From contig JBGAGQ010000007.1 in NCBI GenBank assembly GCA_044226625.1, forward strand, positions 1 to 64,000: a stretch of 64,000 bases of DNA, written 5' to 3'. The notes below the pieces were generated by a model. The model made no database searches. It was not told the DNA's origin and worked only from the letters and a program-made list of their open reading frames with translations. Of this stretch, positions 29,805 to 41,599 are shown piece by piece (the stretch's first letter is position 1; each line of letters opens with the position of its first letter). The DNA comes from Thermoanaerobaculia bacterium (GTDB lineage Bacteria > Acidobacteriota > Thermoanaerobaculia > Multivoradales > UBA5704). The position numbers and the translations under genes are program-made.

Positions 29805-30084
29805 CCTGCCTGCTCCTTGCCGCACCGCTTCGACCGATTTCGCGCGCGGCAAAACACCGCTACCCACATCGCGGCGCTGTTCTGAAGATGGGCCACGGAC
29901 CCTCCGGGGGTCCAAGCGCCATCCTTAGTTTGTCGTTGGCTGGGAAGCGAAGAGAGCCAGCGTGGCGGCTCTCTCCGAACGGCACGAAGTCCACCCGATG
30001 GATAGTGCCGCCTACGAACCGAAACGGGACGTTCGCGACGCGCCCGGAATCTGTGCAAGAACCTGAAAACGCAGGGGCTAACGG

Positions 30085-30102
30085 CCCACCCCACGGGGTG
30101 GG
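30085..30102. promoter_or_regulatory. Inverted repeat CCCACCCC-AC-GGGGTGGG in the divergent NRPS/dnaE2 intergenic region
   Basis: Perfect 8-bp arms seen directly; function unknown. Confidence 0.35.
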
Positions 30103-30265
30103 AGGCGGCTTACGAAGGATCGGTTGCCGCCAGTGAAACGTAATACGGACCAACCCCTGCGTTCGGATTCATGGCCGTCGCGCGGCGGCGAGAAATATCG
30201 CTACGGCGAAGCCGTCGAGGGGAGGGCGGCCGCTCTGCCCCAAGATCTTACGCCTGACTTGCGCT

Positions 30266-33200
30266 ATGCTCGCGTCCATGGCCCTCGGTCCTCCATCGCG
30301 CGACTTCGGCCATGGCATGGAGCGGCTGGCGACCGGCCCCGGCGCCCGGAAAGAGGCGTTGCGCAAGCTCCCCCCTGGCATCCGGCGGATTTCCCCGCGC
30401 GGCGGAGGAGGAACCGGACCACCCCCGTACGCCGAGCTGCGCGCCGCGTCGTCGTTCTCCTTCCTCGACGGCGCCTCACCTCCCGAGGACTTGGTCGCGC
30501 GGGCAGCGGAGCTCGACCTTCCGGCCGTCGCCCTGGTCGACCGCAACGGCGTCTACGGGGCGCCGCGCTTCTATCGCGCCGCGCTCCAGACCGGCATCCG
30601 CGCCCTGGTCGGCGCGGAGGTGACGATCGGCAAACGAGACGGCCCCGCGCCGGCTCTCGCCCTCGCGGCGCGCGCGGTGCGCCGGCGCGCCGGGACTGAA
30701 GACGAGATTCCACCGCCGCCGCCGCTCCTCGCGCCTCCCGGGGCCGACGGCGAGCTGCCCGACCTGCCGCGCCTCACGCTCATGGTGGAGAACCGGACCG
30801 GCTACAAAAATCTCTGCAAGCTGATCACGGCCGCCGCGCGGGAGCGCCCGAAGGGGGATCCGCGCGCCACCTGGGACCTGGTCGAGCACCATGCCCGCGG
30901 CCTGCGCTGCCTGACCGGTGGCGAGGAAGGGACGGTCGCGCGCGCGCTCCGAGCCGAAGGGATCGAGGGGGCACGGCGCGAGCTCGAGCGTCTCGTGGCC
31001 CTGTTCGCCGGCCGGGTCCACGTCGAGATCGGCCGCCACCGTCTGCGCGAGGAGGAGCACGCGAACCGCGCCCTCGTCGACCTCGCCCGCAAGCTCCGTC
31101 TGCCGCTCGTCGCGACCAACGGCATCCGCTACGCCACCCGCGCCGACAAGCCGTTGTTCGACGTGCTCACCGCGATCCGCCACCGCACTCCCCTGGACCA
31201 GGCGGGGCGCAAGCTCGCGGCCCACCGCGAGCGACACTTGAAGAGCGGCGCCGAGATGGCCGAGCTGTTCGCCGATCTGCCCGAGGCGCTCGCCGGCAAC
31301 GCCGAGCTCGCCGCGCGGCTCGATTTCACCCTCGCCGACCTCGGCTATCGCTTTCCCGAGTACCCCCTGCCCGCGGGCGAGACGCCCGCCTCCTACCTCC
31401 GGCACATCACCTGGAACTGCGCCCCCGCGCGTTTCCGTCCGTTTTCGGCGAAAGCCCAGGCGCAGATCCAAAAAGAGCTGGACTTGATCGAGAAGCTCGA
31501 CCTCGCCGGCTACTTCCTGATCGTCTGGGACATCGTCCGCTTCTGTCTCGCCGAAAACATCCTCGCCCAGGGGCGCGGCTCGGCCGCCAACAGCGCGGTC
31601 TGTTACGCGCTCTCGATCACCGCGGTCGATCCGGTGCGGATGGACCTCCTGTTCGAGCGCTTCCTTTCCGAAGAACGCGGCGAATGGCCGGACATCGACC
31701 TCGACCTCCCCTCGGGTCCCCAGCGCGAGAAGGTGATCCAGTACGTCTACCGCCGCTACGGCCCGCACGGCGCGGCGATGACCGCGAACGTCATCACCTA
31801 CCGCGACCGCTCCGCGGCGCGCGAGACGGCGAAAGCCCTCGGCTACTCCCCCGAGCAGGTCGACAAGCTCGCCAAGCAGCTCGGCCGGTGGAGCTACGAC
31901 CGCTCGCGCGGCGACACCAAGGCGTTCGATACCGAGCTCACCGCCGCCGGCTTCGATCCGAGCGATCCGCGGCTCCGGCTCTTCACCGAGATGTTCCAGA
32001 AGATCCAGCACCTGCCGCGCCACCTCGGCCAACACTCGGGCGGCATGGTGGTCGCCGCCGGGCGCCTCGACGAGGTCGTGCCGCTCGAGCCGGCCTCGAT
32101 GCCCGGCCGCACGGTGATCCAGTGGGACAAGGACGACTGCGCCGACCTCGGAATCGTCAAAGTCGACCTGCTCGGACTCGGCATGCTCGCCGCGCTCGAG
32201 GAGGCCGTCCCCACCATCCGTACCCATGAGAAGAAGCACGTCGACCTCGCCCACCTGCCGGCCGACGACCCGAAGGTCTACCGGATGCTCCGCGAGGCCG
32301 ACACCGTAGGGGTCTTCCAGGTCGAGAGCCGGGCTCAGATGTCGGCGTTGCCGCGGAACCGCCCCGAGCGCTTCTACGACTTGGTGATCCAGGTCGCGAT
32401 CATCCGCCCCGGGCCGATCGCGGGCAATCTGGCGAACCCCTATTTCGAGCGCCGGAACGGCCGCGAAAAAGTCTCCTACCCGCACCCCTCCTTGGAGCCG
32501 ATCTTGAAGCGCACGCTGGGGGTGCCGATCTTCCAGGAGCAGCTGCTGCGCATCGCCATGGTCGCCGCGGGCTTTACCGGCGGCGAGGCCGAGGAGCTAC
32601 GCCGCGCGATGGGCTTCAAGCGCTCGGCCGACCGGATGCGCGCGATCGAGGCGCGCCTGCGCTCCGGCATGACCGAGCGTGGGATCTCCGGCGAGGCCCA
32701 GGAGCAGATCGTCCAGGGGATCACCTCGTTCGCCCTCTACGGCTTCCCGGAATCGCACGCCGCGAGCTTCGCCCTGATCGCCTACGCGAGCGCCTACTTG
32801 AAGGCCCATCATCCGACGGCGTTCTACCTCTCGCTGCTGAACGCCTGGCCGATGGGCTTCTACCATCCGGCGACCCTGATCAAGGACGCCGAGCGCCAGG
32901 GGGTCGTGGTTCGCCCGCTCGACGTCCAAGCTTCCGGCTGGAGCTGCCGCTGGGAGGAGCGGGATGCGCCGGGCGTCGGATCGGCCGCGATCCCCGCCAG
33001 AGGGTCTCGGAAAGCACCGCCCGTCGGCGCGATCCGCCTCGGCTTCAAGTTCGTCCGCGGCCTGCGCCGGCACGCCGCCGCGGCGATCGAATCGGAACAG
33101 GCGCGGCGCCCCTTCGCCAGCGTCGAGGATCTCGCCCGCCGCTGCGGGCTCCACGCTCCGGAGCTCGAGACCCTGGCGAGCCTCGGCGCCCTTCAGGGGC

Positions 33201-33736
33201 TCGGCGGCGCCGCGAAGCCCCTCCCCCGCCGAGCCGCGCTATGGCAGGCCGCGCGCGTCGGCCGGCCGACCGGTCCGCTGCTCGAGACCCTTCCGGACGA
33301 CGCTCCTTCCCCGCTCCCCGAGATGACGACCCAGGAGAAGACGCTCGCCGACTACGCCGGGCTCCAGCTCACGCTCGGTCCCCATCCGGTCGCCTTCTTT
33401 CGCGAGGGGCTCGCCCGCCAAGGGGTGCTGCCCGCGGCCGAGCTGCCCAGACACCGGGACGGCGAGCGCGTGCGCATCGCGGGCTCGGTGATCGTCCGCC
33501 AGCGCCCGGGCACCGCGAAAGGAATGCTCTTCCTGACCCTCGAAGACGAATCGGGGATGTGCCAGGCGATCGTCTCCCCCGATCTCTTCCAGGAAAACCG
33601 CAAGATGATCGTCGGCAACCCGGGCCTCGCCGTCGAGGGAAAGCTCCAAAAGCGAGACGGCACCCTGTCGGTCCGGGCCGAGAAATTCTGGCCGCTACGC
33701 GACCTCGCGGCGACGCCGAGCCACGATTTCCATTGA
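30266..33736 (+). CDS. dnaE2: Error-prone DNA polymerase III alpha subunit DnaE2 (ImuC)
   Basis: PHP-like N-terminus (SFSFLDGAS), GRGSAANSAVCY, PDIDLD, HLGQHSGG, YGFPESHAASF, OB fold RQRPGTAKG, C-terminal SHDFH (the SRDFH-type DnaE2 motif). Exact start uncertain. Confidence 0.95.
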   Translation: MLASMALGPPSRDFGHGMERLATGPGARKEALRKLPPGIRRISPRGGGGTGPPPYAELRAASSFSFLDGASPPEDLVARAAELDLPAVALVDRNGVYGAPRFYRAALQTGIRALVGAEVTIGKRDGPAPALALAARAVRRRAGTEDEIPPPPPLLAPPGADGELPDLPRLTLMVENRTGYKNLCKLITAAARERPKGDPRATWDLVEHHARGLRCLTGGEEGTVARALRAEGIEGARRELERLVALFAGRVHVEIGRHRLREEEHANRALVDLARKLRLPLVATNGIRYATRADKPLFDVLTAIRHRTPLDQAGRKLAAHRERHLKSGAEMAELFADLPEALAGNAELAARLDFTLADLGYRFPEYPLPAGETPASYLRHITWNCAPARFRPFSAKAQAQIQKELDLIEKLDLAGYFLIVWDIVRFCLAENILAQGRGSAANSAVCYALSITAVDPVRMDLLFERFLSEERGEWPDIDLDLPSGPQREKVIQYVYRRYGPHGAAMTANVITYRDRSAARETAKALGYSPEQVDKLAKQLGRWSYDRSRGDTKAFDTELTAAGFDPSDPRLRLFTEMFQKIQHLPRHLGQHSGGMVVAAGRLDEVVPLEPASMPGRTVIQWDKDDCADLGIVKVDLLGLGMLAALEEAVPTIRTHEKKHVDLAHLPADDPKVYRMLREADTVGVFQVESRAQMSALPRNRPERFYDLVIQVAIIRPGPIAGNLANPYFERRNGREKVSYPHPSLEPILKRTLGVPIFQEQLLRIAMVAAGFTGGEAEELRRAMGFKRSADRMRAIEARLRSGMTERGISGEAQEQIVQGITSFALYGFPESHAASFALIAYASAYLKAHHPTAFYLSLLNAWPMGFYHPATLIKDAERQGVVVRPLDVQASGWSCRWEERDAPGVGSAAIPARGSRKAPPVGAIRLGFKFVRGLRRHAAAAIESEQARRPFASVEDLARRCGLHAPELETLASLGALQGLGGAAKPLPRRAALWQAARVGRPTGPLLETLPDDAPSPLPEMTTQEKTLADYAGLQLTLGPHPVAFFREGLARQGVLPAAELPRHRDGERVRIAGSVIVRQRPGTAKGMLFLTLEDESGMCQAIVSPDLFQENRKMIVGNPGLAVEGKLQKRDGTLSVRAEKFWPLRDLAATPSHDFH

Positions 33737-33763
33737 GCCGCGAGGGAGGTCTCGCAGGCGCAG

Positions 33764-35398
33764 TCAGGCCGAGGCCAGGAGACGCCTCAGGTTTTCGAGC
33801 GAAACCGGCTTGACCAGATGGGAGTCGAAGCCCGCCGCCTGCGAGCGATCTCGGTCCCGCTGCTGGCCGAAGCCGGTCATCGCGACGATCAGGGACGACT
33901 CGAGCCCCGCCTCGCGCAGCCGGCGGCACACCTCGTAACCGTCCATTCCCGGCAGCAGGAGGTCGAGCAGCACGACCTCCGGAAGGCGACGGGCGACGCT
34001 CGAGAGCGCGCTCGGTCCATCCAGGACCACCTCGACGTCGTGCCCCTCGCGGCGCAGCAGCATCGCCAGGCTGTCGGCGGCGTCCTGGTTGTCGTCGACC
34101 ACCAGGAGACGGCGGCCGACGCCCCCCGACTCTTCACCGAACACGTCGGATGAGCTCGCGTCGGACAGGGGATCGCCCAGGACGGGCAGCTGCACGACGA
34201 ACTCACTCCCCCGGCCGACCCCGCCGCTGGCCACCCTCACGGCCCCGCCGTGCATCTCGATCAGCGATTTGACCAACGACAGACCGATGCCCAGCCCGCC
34301 GCGCGACGGGAGAGACGGATGAATCTCGCCCTGGAGGAAAAGGTCGAAGATCTTCGGAATCGTCTCGGCCGGAATGCCGATCCCCTGGTCCCTCACCGCG
34401 ACCTGAGCGAGGTCTCCCTCGCGGCGGATCTCCAGCTCGATCTCTCCTTGGGGATCCTGGTAATTGGCGGCGTTGTTGAGCAGGTTGGCGATCACCTGGG
34501 TGAGACGCGCCGAGTCGCCTAGGATGGGGATCGCCGCCGCGGGAGCGCTCACCCGCAATCGATGCTGCCGCGAATCGATCACCGGTTGGCTGGTCTCGAC
34601 CGCGCGGCTCGCCACGGTCACCAGGTCGACCGGCTCGAGGCGCAGCTTGATCTTCCCCTGCGTGATGCGCGACACGTCGAGCAGGTCGTCGACCAGACGG
34701 GTGAGCAGGCTCACCTGGCGCTCGATCACCTCGCGGCACCAGGCCTGATCCTCCGGCCCGACGTCGGAGCGGCCCATGATGCTGATCGCGTTCTGGATCG
34801 GCGCGAGCGGATTGCGCAGCTCGTGCGCGAGCAGGGCGAGGAACTCGTCCTTCCGGTGGTCCTCCTCCTGGAGCTTACGCGCCAGCTCGACCTGCTTGGC
34901 GACCGATGCCTCGAGCTCGGCGGTCCGGTCGGCCACCCGCTGCTCAAGCTCGCGGGTGAGGCGCTCGGATTCGCGGGTCTTCCGGTAGAGCTCGGTAAAG
35001 ACGCTGACCTTTGCGCGCAAGAGCTCGGGCACGATCGGCACCGAGACGTAGTCGACCGCGCCGGAGGCGTAGCCTTTCAGCCGGTCGAGATCGGTGAGGT
35101 GAACTGCCGACACGAAGATGATCGCCGTCTTCTGGTACCGCGGATGGCCGCGGATGATCTCGGCCAGCTCGAAGCCGTCGAGCTCGGGCATGCTCACGTC
35201 CATCAAGACCACCGTGATGTCGGTCTTGAGGAGGTGCTCGAGCGCCTCGCGGCCGGAGCTCGCGGTGATCAGATTTTCCCCGAGCTCGCTGAGGATCGCC
35301 TCGTAGCTCAGCAGCTTGCCCGGCTGGTCGTCGACCAGCAGGATGTTGACCCGATCGGTCGGGTCTTCCGCCGCCGCGGACGTTATCGGTGCAGCCAT
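33764..35398 (-). CDS. Hybrid response regulator-histidine kinase (REC-HisKA-HATPase-REC)
   Basis: ILLVDDQP...[11 protein letters not shown]-box [10 protein letters not shown]-box NLLNNA, G-box GLGIGL, C-terminal REC. ATG 35398 overlaps the end of the upstream gene. Confidence 0.92.
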   Translation of the reverse strand: MAAPITSAAAEDPTDRVNILLVDDQPGKLLSYEAILSELGENLITASSGREALEHLLKTDITVVLMDVSMPELDGFELAEIIRGHPRYQKTAIIFVSAVHLTDLDRLKGYASGAVDYVSVPIVPELLRAKVSVFTELYRKTRESERLTRELEQRVADRTAELEASVAKQVELARKLQEEDHRKDEFLALLAHELRNPLAPIQNAISIMGRSDVGPEDQAWCREVIERQVSLLTRLVDDLLDVSRITQGKIKLRLEPVDLVTVASRAVETSQPVIDSRQHRLRVSAPAAAIPILGDSARLTQVIANLLNNAANYQDPQGEIELEIRREGDLAQVAVRDQGIGIPAETIPKIFDLFLQGEIHPSLPSRGGLGIGLSLVKSLIEMHGGAVRVASGGVGRGSEFVVQLPVLGDPLSDASSSDVFGEESGGVGRRLLVVDDNQDAADSLAMLLRREGHDVEVVLDGPSALSSVARRLPEVVLLDLLLPGMDGYEVCRRLREAGLESSLIVAMTGFGQQRDRDRSQAAGFDSHLVKPVSLENLRRLLASA

Positions 35399-38300
35399 AG
35401 GCGAAGGGCCGAGAGGAGCTGTTCGGTGTTGACGGGTTTGGCCAGGTAGTCCGACGCCCCGGCATCCAAGCACTTCTCGCGGTCGCCCTTCATCGCCTTG
35501 GCGGTGAGCGCGACGATCGGCATCCGTTGGAACTGCGGCTTCTGACGGATCGCGTGCATGGTCTGGTAGCCGTCCATCTCCGGCATCATGATGTCCATCA
35601 AGACGATCGCGACGTCGTCGGTCTGCTCGAGCGTGGCGATCGCTTCATGCCCCGTACCGGCCGACAGGACCTCCATGCCGCGCCGCTCGAGCACGCTCGA
35701 CAGGGCGAAGATGTTGCGGAAGTCGTCGTCGACCACCAGGACCTTCTTGCCCACCAGGTCGTCGTCGGACTGGTGGAGACGATCGAGCATCAGTCGCTTC
35801 TCCGCCGGCAGCTCGGAGACCACCCGATGGAGGAAGAGCGCGGTCTCGTCGAGCAGCCGCTCCGGCGACTCGACCCCTTTGACCACGACGCTCCGCGCCA
35901 GGCTGTGGAGCCGGGCGTCCTCCTCGGGCGAGAGCTCCTTGCCGGTGAAGACGATAACCGGCAGGTCGGCGAGCACCCGCTCGTCGCGGATGTGCTCGAG
36001 CACTTCGAACCCCGACATGTCGGGCAGGCGAAGGTCGAGCACCGCGCAGTCGAACGGCTCACTGCGCAAGGCGTCGAGGGCGTCGCGTCCGGTCCCCGCG
36101 GTCGCGATCTCGATGTCGTCGTGCCCGAGGAGCGCCGCGATCGACAGCTGCTCGGCCTCGTCGTCCTCGACCACGAGCAGACGCTTCTTGCGCGGCTGGG
36201 CGTAGTCTTTGATCCGCGCCACCGCGTCGTTCAACCCTTGGGCGGTGGTCGGCTTCGACAAGAAGTTGAACGCGCCGCGGGCGAGGCCGTGCTGGCGATC
36301 CTCGTCGAGGGTCAAGATCTGGACCGGGATGTGGCGAAGCGCCGGATCCTGCTTGAGCTGGTTCAACACGGTCCAACCCAGCATGTCGGGCAGGAACACG
36401 TCGAGCGAGATCACCGCCGGCCGATACTCGCGAGCGAGCGCGAGCGCCTCGCTGCCGCGCATCGCCACCAGCGCCTTGAAGCCGTGGGCGTGCGCCTGAT
36501 CGAGCAGGATGCGCGCGTAGTGGGGGTCGTCCTCGACGATCAACATGGTCGAGTCGCCCGGCGCCAGGCTCTCCCGATCGTCGGGGATCTGCTCGATCGG
36601 GCGGTCGGCGTTGCGCACGACCGGATGCGTCATCGTCGGGCTCGCGAGCCTCTCTCCCGTGGACGGTGGGGCGGCCGGGGCAGCCGGGCCGACGTACGCC
36701 TGCGGCAGATAGAGCGTGAACGTGCTGCCCAGGTTCGGGGTGCTTCGCAGCTGGATCTCGCCGCCGAGCAGGCTCGCGAGCTCGCGGCTGATCGCGAGGC
36801 CCAGGCCCGTGCCGCCGTATTTCCGGGCGGTGCCGGCGTCGGCCTGCTGGAACGCCTCGAAGATGATGCGCTGCTTCTCGGGCGGGATGCCGATTCCGGT
36901 GTCCGACACCTCGAACGCCACGATCCCCGTCGCCCGGCTCAGGATCGGATGGTCGGGCGTCCAACCCGCCGACGCCGATTTGACCGCGAGCCGCACACCT
37001 CCCTGCTCGGTGAACTTGAACGCGTTGGACAGGAGGTTCCGCAGGACCTGCTGGACTCGTTTCGTGTCGGTCACCATGGTCGGACCGAGCTGGGGATCGA
37101 TCTCCACCTCGAGGTTCAAGCGCCGGCTCTCCGCCTCGTGGCGGAACGGCCGCGCCACCGCCTCGACGACGCTCGGCAGGACGATCTCTTCGGCGGTCAC
37201 GGTGACCGTGCCCGAGTCGATCTTCGACAGGTCGAGGATGTCGGTGATCAGGTTCAGCAGGTCGGTTCCGGCGCCATGGATCGTGCGCGCGAACTCGACC
37301 TGTTTGGGCGTCAGGTTCCCCTCGGAGTTGTCGCCCAGCTGCTGGCCGAGGATGAGGATCGAGTTGAGCGGCGTCCGCAGCTCGTGCGACATGTTGGCGA
37401 GGAACTCGGACTTGTACTTCGAGGTGAGCGCGAGCTCGGTCGCCTTCTCTTCGAGCGCGCGGCGGGCCTGCTCGATCTCCTGGTTCTTCCGCTCGACCTC
37501 GGCGTTCTGCTCGGCGAGCTGCTGCGCTTTCTGGGCCAGCTGCTCGTTGGTCTGCTGCAGCTCGCGCTTCTGCGTCTGGAGCTCCGCCGCGAGCTGCTGC
37601 GACTGGTCGAGCAGCGACTCCGTCTGCATCGTCGCCTCGATCGAGTTGAGCACGATGCCGATGCTCGAGGTGAGCTGCTCGAGGAACGCGAGGTGCGACG
37701 CGGTGAACGACGCGAGAGAGGCGAGCTCGATCACCGCCTTGACCTCGTCTTCGAACAGGACGGGCAGAACGATGACGCTCTTCGGCCGGGCGGCGAAGAG
37801 ACCGGAGCTCACCGGCACGGTCCCGTCCGGAAGGTTGTCCACGACCACCCGCCGGCGGTCCGCGGCGCACTGGCCGAGGATCCCCTCGCCGATGCGGATG
37901 AACTGGGCGTGGCCGTTCGCCCCGTTGTCGGCGAACGTCGCGACCAGGCGGAGGCCCGTGGCGTCCGCCGCTTCCTTCCGGTAGATCACCCCCTGGTGCG
38001 CGTTGACCAGCGGCGTCAGCTCCGAGAGGAGCATGCGGCCGACGGTGGCCAGATCGCGCTGCCCCTGGAGCATGCCCGTGAACCGCGCGAGGTTGGTCTT
38101 CAGCCAGTCCTGCTCGGTGTTGCGGTCGGTGGTCAACCGCAGGTTGTCGATCATCGTGTTGATGTTGTCTTTGAGCTCGGCCACCTCGCCGCGCGCCTCG
38201 ACCTGGATCGAGCGCGTGAGGTCGCCCTGGGTGACCGCGGTCGCCACCTCCGCGATCGCGCGCACCTGGGTGGTCAGGTTCGCCGCCAGCAGGTTGACGT

Positions 38301-41070
38301 TGCCGGTCAGGTCCTTCCAGGTCCCGGCCGCTCCCGGCACGTTCGCCTGGCCGCCGAGGCGCCCTTCCACGCCCACTTCGCGGGCGACCGTGGTCACCTG
38401 ATCGGCGAAGGTCGCGAGCGTGCCGGTCATGTCGTTGATCGTCTCGGCGAGCGCGGCCACCTCGCCCTTCGCGTTGACCGTCAGCTTCGGCTTCAGGTCG
38501 CCGTTCGCGACCGCGGTCACCACGCGAACGATGCCGCGCACCTGCTCGGTCAGGTTGACCGCCATGACGTTCACGTTGTCGGTGAGGTCTTTCCAGGTGC
38601 CCGCGACGCCGGGCACCTGCGCCTGACCGCCGAGCTTGCCCTCCGTGCCCACTTCGCGGGCGACGCGCGTCACTTCAGCGGCGAACGCGTTCAACTGGTC
38701 GACCATCGTGTTGATCGTCAGCTTGAGCTCGAGGATCTCACCCTTCACGTCGACGGTGATCTTGCGCGAGAGGTCGCCGCGGGCTACCGCGGTGGTCACC
38801 TCGGCGATGTTCCGCACCTGCGTGGTGAGGTTCGCCGCGAGCAGGTTCACGCTGTCGGTAAGGTCTTTCCAGGTGCCCGCGACGCCGGGCACCTGCGCCT
38901 GGCCGCCGAGCTTGCCTTCCGTGCCCACTTCGCGCGCCACGCGCGTCACCTCGCCCGCGAAGCCGTTCAACTGGTCGACCATCGTGTTGATCGTGTTCTT
39001 GAGCTCCAGGATCTCGCCCGAGACGTTGACCGTGATCTTTCTCGACAGGTCGCCGCGCGCGACCGCGGTCGTCACCTCGGCGATGTTGCGCACCTGGGCG
39101 GTCAGGTTGCCGGCCATGAAGTTGACGTTGTCGGTCAACCCCTTCCAGGTACCCGCAACGTCCGGCACCTGCGCCTGGCCGCCGAGCTTGCCTTCCGTGC
39201 CCACCTCGCGCGCGACGCGCGTCACCTCGGAGGCGAACGCGTTCAGCTGGTCGACCATCGTGTTGAGCGTGTTCTTGAGCTCCAGGATTTCGCCCGAGAC
39301 GTCGACGGTGATCTTCCGCGACAGGTCGCCGCGCGCGACCGCGGTCGCGACCTCGGCGATGTTTCGCACCTGGGCGGTCAGGTTGCTCGCCATCGAGTTG
39401 ACGTTGTCGGTGAGCCCCTTCCAGGTGCCCGCGACGCCGGGCACCTGCGCCTGGCCGCCGAGCTTGCCTTCGGTACCGACCTCGCGCGCCACGCGCGTCA
39501 CTTCGGCGGCGAACGCGTTCAACTGGTCGACCATCGTGTTGATCGTGACCTTGAGCTCGAGCACCTCGCCCTTGACGTCGACCGTGATCTTCCTCGAGAG
39601 GTCGCCGCGGGCGACGGCGGTCGTCACCTCGGCGATGTTTCGCACCTGGGTGGTGAGGTTCGCGGCGAGCAGGTTCACGTTGTCGGTAAGGTCTTTCCAG
39701 GTGCCCGCGACGCCGGGCACGGCGGCCTGACCGCCGAGGCGCCCTTCGGTGCCCACCTCGCGCGCCACGCGCGTCACCTCGGAGGCGAAACCGTTCAGCT
39801 GGTCGACCATGGTGTTCAAGGTCTCTTTGAGCTGGAGGATCTCGCCCGAGACGTTGACCGTGATCTTCTTCGACAGGTCGCCGCGCGCGATCGCGGTCGC
39901 CACCTCGGCGATGTTGCGCACCTGGGCCGTCAGGTTGCTCGCCATGAAGTTGACGTTGTCGGTGAGGTCTTTCCAGGTGCCGCCGACGCCGGGCACCTGC
40001 GCCTGGCCGCCCAGCTTGCCCTCCGTGCCCACCTCGCGCGCCACGCGGGTCACCTCGCCCGCGAACGCGTTCAGCTGGTCGACCATGGTGTTGATCGTGT
40101 CTTTGAGCTCGAGGATCTCACCCGAGACGTTGACCGTGATCTTTCGCGACAGGTCGCCGCGCGCGACCGCGGTCGTGACCTCGGCGATGTTCCGCACCTG
40201 GGCGGTCAGGTTGCCGGCCATCGCGTTGACGCTGTCGGTCAGGTCTTTCCAGGTGCCCGCGACCCCGGGGACGACAGCCTGGCCGCCGAGCTTGCCCTCG
40301 GTGCCCACCTCACGGGCGACGCGCGTCACCTCCGAGGCGAACGAGCGCAGCTGGTCGACCATCGTGTTGATCGCCTCTTTGAGCTGAAGGATCTCGCCGC
40401 GGACGTCGACGGTGATCTTTCGCGAGAGGTCGCCGCTCGCCACCGCGATCGTGACTTCCGAGATGTTCCGGACCTGGGCGGTCAGGTTGCTCGCCATCGA
40501 GTTGACGCTTTCGGTGAGGTCCTTCCAGACGCCGCTCACCCCCGGCACCTGCGCCTGGCCGCCGAGCTTGCCGTCGGAGCCGACCTCGCGGGCCACGCGG
40601 GTGACCTCGGACGTGAAGACCCCGAGCTGCTCGATCATCGTGTTGACGATCGTCGCCGAGCGGAGGAACTCGCCTTCGAGCGGCCGGCCGTCGACGTCGA
40701 GCCGTATCGTCTGGTTGAGATTGCCCTGGGCGACCGCGGCGATCGCCCCGGTCACCTCGGTCGTCGGCCGCAGGAGGTCATCGATCAACGTGTTGATCGA
40801 GACCTCCATCTCGCCCCAAGCGCCTCGCGCTTGCGAGAACTTGGCACGCTCTCGGGTCCGCCCCTCGCGCCCCACGACTTGACCGACCCGCCGCAGGTCC
40901 TCGCACATCTTTTGGTTCGCGGCGACGATGTCGTTGAAGGCGTCGGCGATCTTGCCGTCGACGCCGTCCCAGTCCGCGGGGATCCGGACCGTAAAGTCTC
41001 CGGCGAGCATCCCCCGGAGCGCTTGCAGCAGTTGTTGCCGGTCGAGCGAAGGCGACGACACCTCGATCAT
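35383..41070 (-). CDS. Cytoplasmic poly-HAMP hybrid histidine kinase (HAMP repeats-GAF-HisKA-HATPase-3xREC; OsaA/Nik1-like)
   Basis: Nine ~92-aa repeats ([31 protein letters not shown]), a GAF domain, [18 protein letters not shown] and three REC domains. GGAGG precedes ATG 41070. Confidence 0.95.
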   Translation of the reverse strand: MIEVSSPSLDRQQLLQALRGMLAGDFTVRIPADWDGVDGKIADAFNDIVAANQKMCEDLRRVGQVVGREGRTRERAKFSQARGAWGEMEVSINTLIDDLLRPTTEVTGAIAAVAQGNLNQTIRLDVDGRPLEGEFLRSATIVNTMIEQLGVFTSEVTRVAREVGSDGKLGGQAQVPGVSGVWKDLTESVNSMASNLTAQVRNISEVTIAVASGDLSRKITVDVRGEILQLKEAINTMVDQLRSFASEVTRVAREVGTEGKLGGQAVVPGVAGTWKDLTDSVNAMAGNLTAQVRNIAEVTTAVARGDLSRKITVNVSGEILELKDTINTMVDQLNAFAGEVTRVAREVGTEGKLGGQAQVPGVGGTWKDLTDNVNFMASNLTAQVRNIAEVATAIARGDLSKKITVNVSGEILQLKETLNTMVDQLNGFASEVTRVAREVGTEGRLGGQAAVPGVAGTWKDLTDNVNLLAANLTTQVRNIAEVTTAVARGDLSRKITVDVKGEVLELKVTINTMVDQLNAFAAEVTRVAREVGTEGKLGGQAQVPGVAGTWKGLTDNVNSMASNLTAQVRNIAEVATAVARGDLSRKITVDVSGEILELKNTLNTMVDQLNAFASEVTRVAREVGTEGKLGGQAQVPDVAGTWKGLTDNVNFMAGNLTAQVRNIAEVTTAVARGDLSRKITVNVSGEILELKNTINTMVDQLNGFAGEVTRVAREVGTEGKLGGQAQVPGVAGTWKDLTDSVNLLAANLTTQVRNIAEVTTAVARGDLSRKITVDVKGEILELKLTINTMVDQLNAFAAEVTRVAREVGTEGKLGGQAQVPGVAGTWKDLTDNVNVMAVNLTEQVRGIVRVVTAVANGDLKPKLTVNAKGEVAALAETINDMTGTLATFADQVTTVAREVGVEGRLGGQANVPGAAGTWKDLTGNVNLLAANLTTQVRAIAEVATAVTQGDLTRSIQVEARGEVAELKDNINTMIDNLRLTTDRNTEQDWLKTNLARFTGMLQGQRDLATVGRMLLSELTPLVNAHQGVIYRKEAADATGLRLVATFADNGANGHAQFIRIGEGILGQCAADRRRVVVDNLPDGTVPVSSGLFAARPKSVIVLPVLFEDEVKAVIELASLASFTASHLAFLEQLTSSIGIVLNSIEATMQTESLLDQSQQLAAELQTQKRELQQTNEQLAQKAQQLAEQNAEVERKNQEIEQARRALEEKATELALTSKYKSEFLANMSHELRTPLNSILILGQQLGDNSEGNLTPKQVEFARTIHGAGTDLLNLITDILDLSKIDSGTVTVTAEEIVLPSVVEAVARPFRHEAESRRLNLEVEIDPQLGPTMVTDTKRVQQVLRNLLSNAFKFTEQGGVRLAVKSASAGWTPDHPILSRATGIVAFEVSDTGIGIPPEKQRIIFEAFQQADAGTARKYGGTGLGLAISRELASLLGGEIQLRSTPNLGSTFTLYLPQAYVGPAAPAAPPSTGERLASPTMTHPVVRNADRPIEQIPDDRESLAPGDSTMLIVEDDPHYARILLDQAHAHGFKALVAMRGSEALALAREYRPAVISLDVFLPDMLGWTVLNQLKQDPALRHIPVQILTLDEDRQHGLARGAFNFLSKPTTAQGLNDAVARIKDYAQPRKKRLLVVEDDEAEQLSIAALLGHDDIEIATAGTGRDALDALRSEPFDCAVLDLRLPDMSGFEVLEHIRDERVLADLPVIVFTGKELSPEEDARLHSLARSVVVKGVESPERLLDETALFLHRVVSELPAEKRLMLDRLHQSDDDLVGKKVLVVDDDFRNIFALSSVLERRGMEVLSAGTGHEAIATLEQTDDVAIVLMDIMMPEMDGYQTMHAIRQKPQFQRMPIVALTAKAMKGDREKCLDAGASDYLAKPVNTEQLLSALRLWLHR
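38150..40650 (-). repeat. Coding tandem repeats of ~276 bp (poly-HAMP), 9 copies
   Basis: Recurring near-identical blocks such as ggcacctgcgcctggccgccgagcttgcc at ~276-bp spacing. Confidence 0.9.
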
Positions 41071-41362
41071 GGGCAAGGAACCTCCGTGCGATGGACGGTG
41101 CACGAACGGGAACGGCACGCTTCCGCTTCCGGCATCAAACCAACCTTACGATGCGTTGCGCCTGAGAAGACGTGCCTGAATAGCCAACGGCGGAGACTGG
41201 ACGGACGCCGCCTGCGCTTCGAACATAACGGCTCCGGACGAGCGAAGCAACTTGCAGCGGCGGGGAGCAGATTTCGCGCGACCGCCCGTTCGGCCGCTCA
41301 GCCTCCGGCCGAAAGCTCACGGTCGATCGGGCGAGCCCCGCCCCCCGGATCTCCGCGAGTAC

Positions 41363-41391
41363 CTGCCACAACGTGCACCCTCGGCTATAAT
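41363..41391 (+). promoter_or_regulatory. Putative sigma70 promoter of the tRNA
   Basis: CTGCCA-N17-TATAAT, 10 nt upstream of the tRNA 5' end. Confidence 0.6.
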
Positions 41392-41401
41392 TCCCGGCTC
41401 T

Positions 41402-41478
41402 GCGGCTGTAGCTCAGGTGGATAGAGCAGAAGTTTCCTAAACTTTTGGTCGGGGGTTCGAGTCCTCCCAGCCGCACCA
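41402..41478 (+). tRNA. tRNA-Arg(CCT)
   Basis: Acceptor stem GCGGCTG/CAGCCGC, D arm AGCTCAGGTGGATAGAGC, anticodon loop TT-CCT-AA, T loop GGTTCGAGTCC, encoded CCA end. Confidence 0.97.
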
Positions 41479-41599
41479 GACGAACCCGACGGCCGCGGGG
41501 CTCTGCCTCGGCCTACCTCGCCTTGCCCTCTGGCAACGTTGTTCGCTATCCTCTCTTAAGAGATTAAAGTCGACACAACTTGAGACGGAGGAAGCTCCG

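Noticed and set aside
26442-29885. 1147-aa plus-strand ORF
   Set aside because: Antisense to the C-A-T gene.
30015-30035. CGAAC-N11-GTTCG as an SOS box for dnaE2
   Set aside because: The spacing fits neither the GAAC-N4-GTTC nor the GTTC-N7-GTTC LexA consensus.
35527-41424. 1965-aa plus-strand repetitive ORF
   Set aside because: Antisense to the poly-HAMP kinase; its repeats simply mirror the HAMP repeats.
41530-41548. TGGCAACGTTGTTCGC as a sigma54 promoter
   Set aside because: GG-to-GC spacing is 11 nt rather than the required 10.
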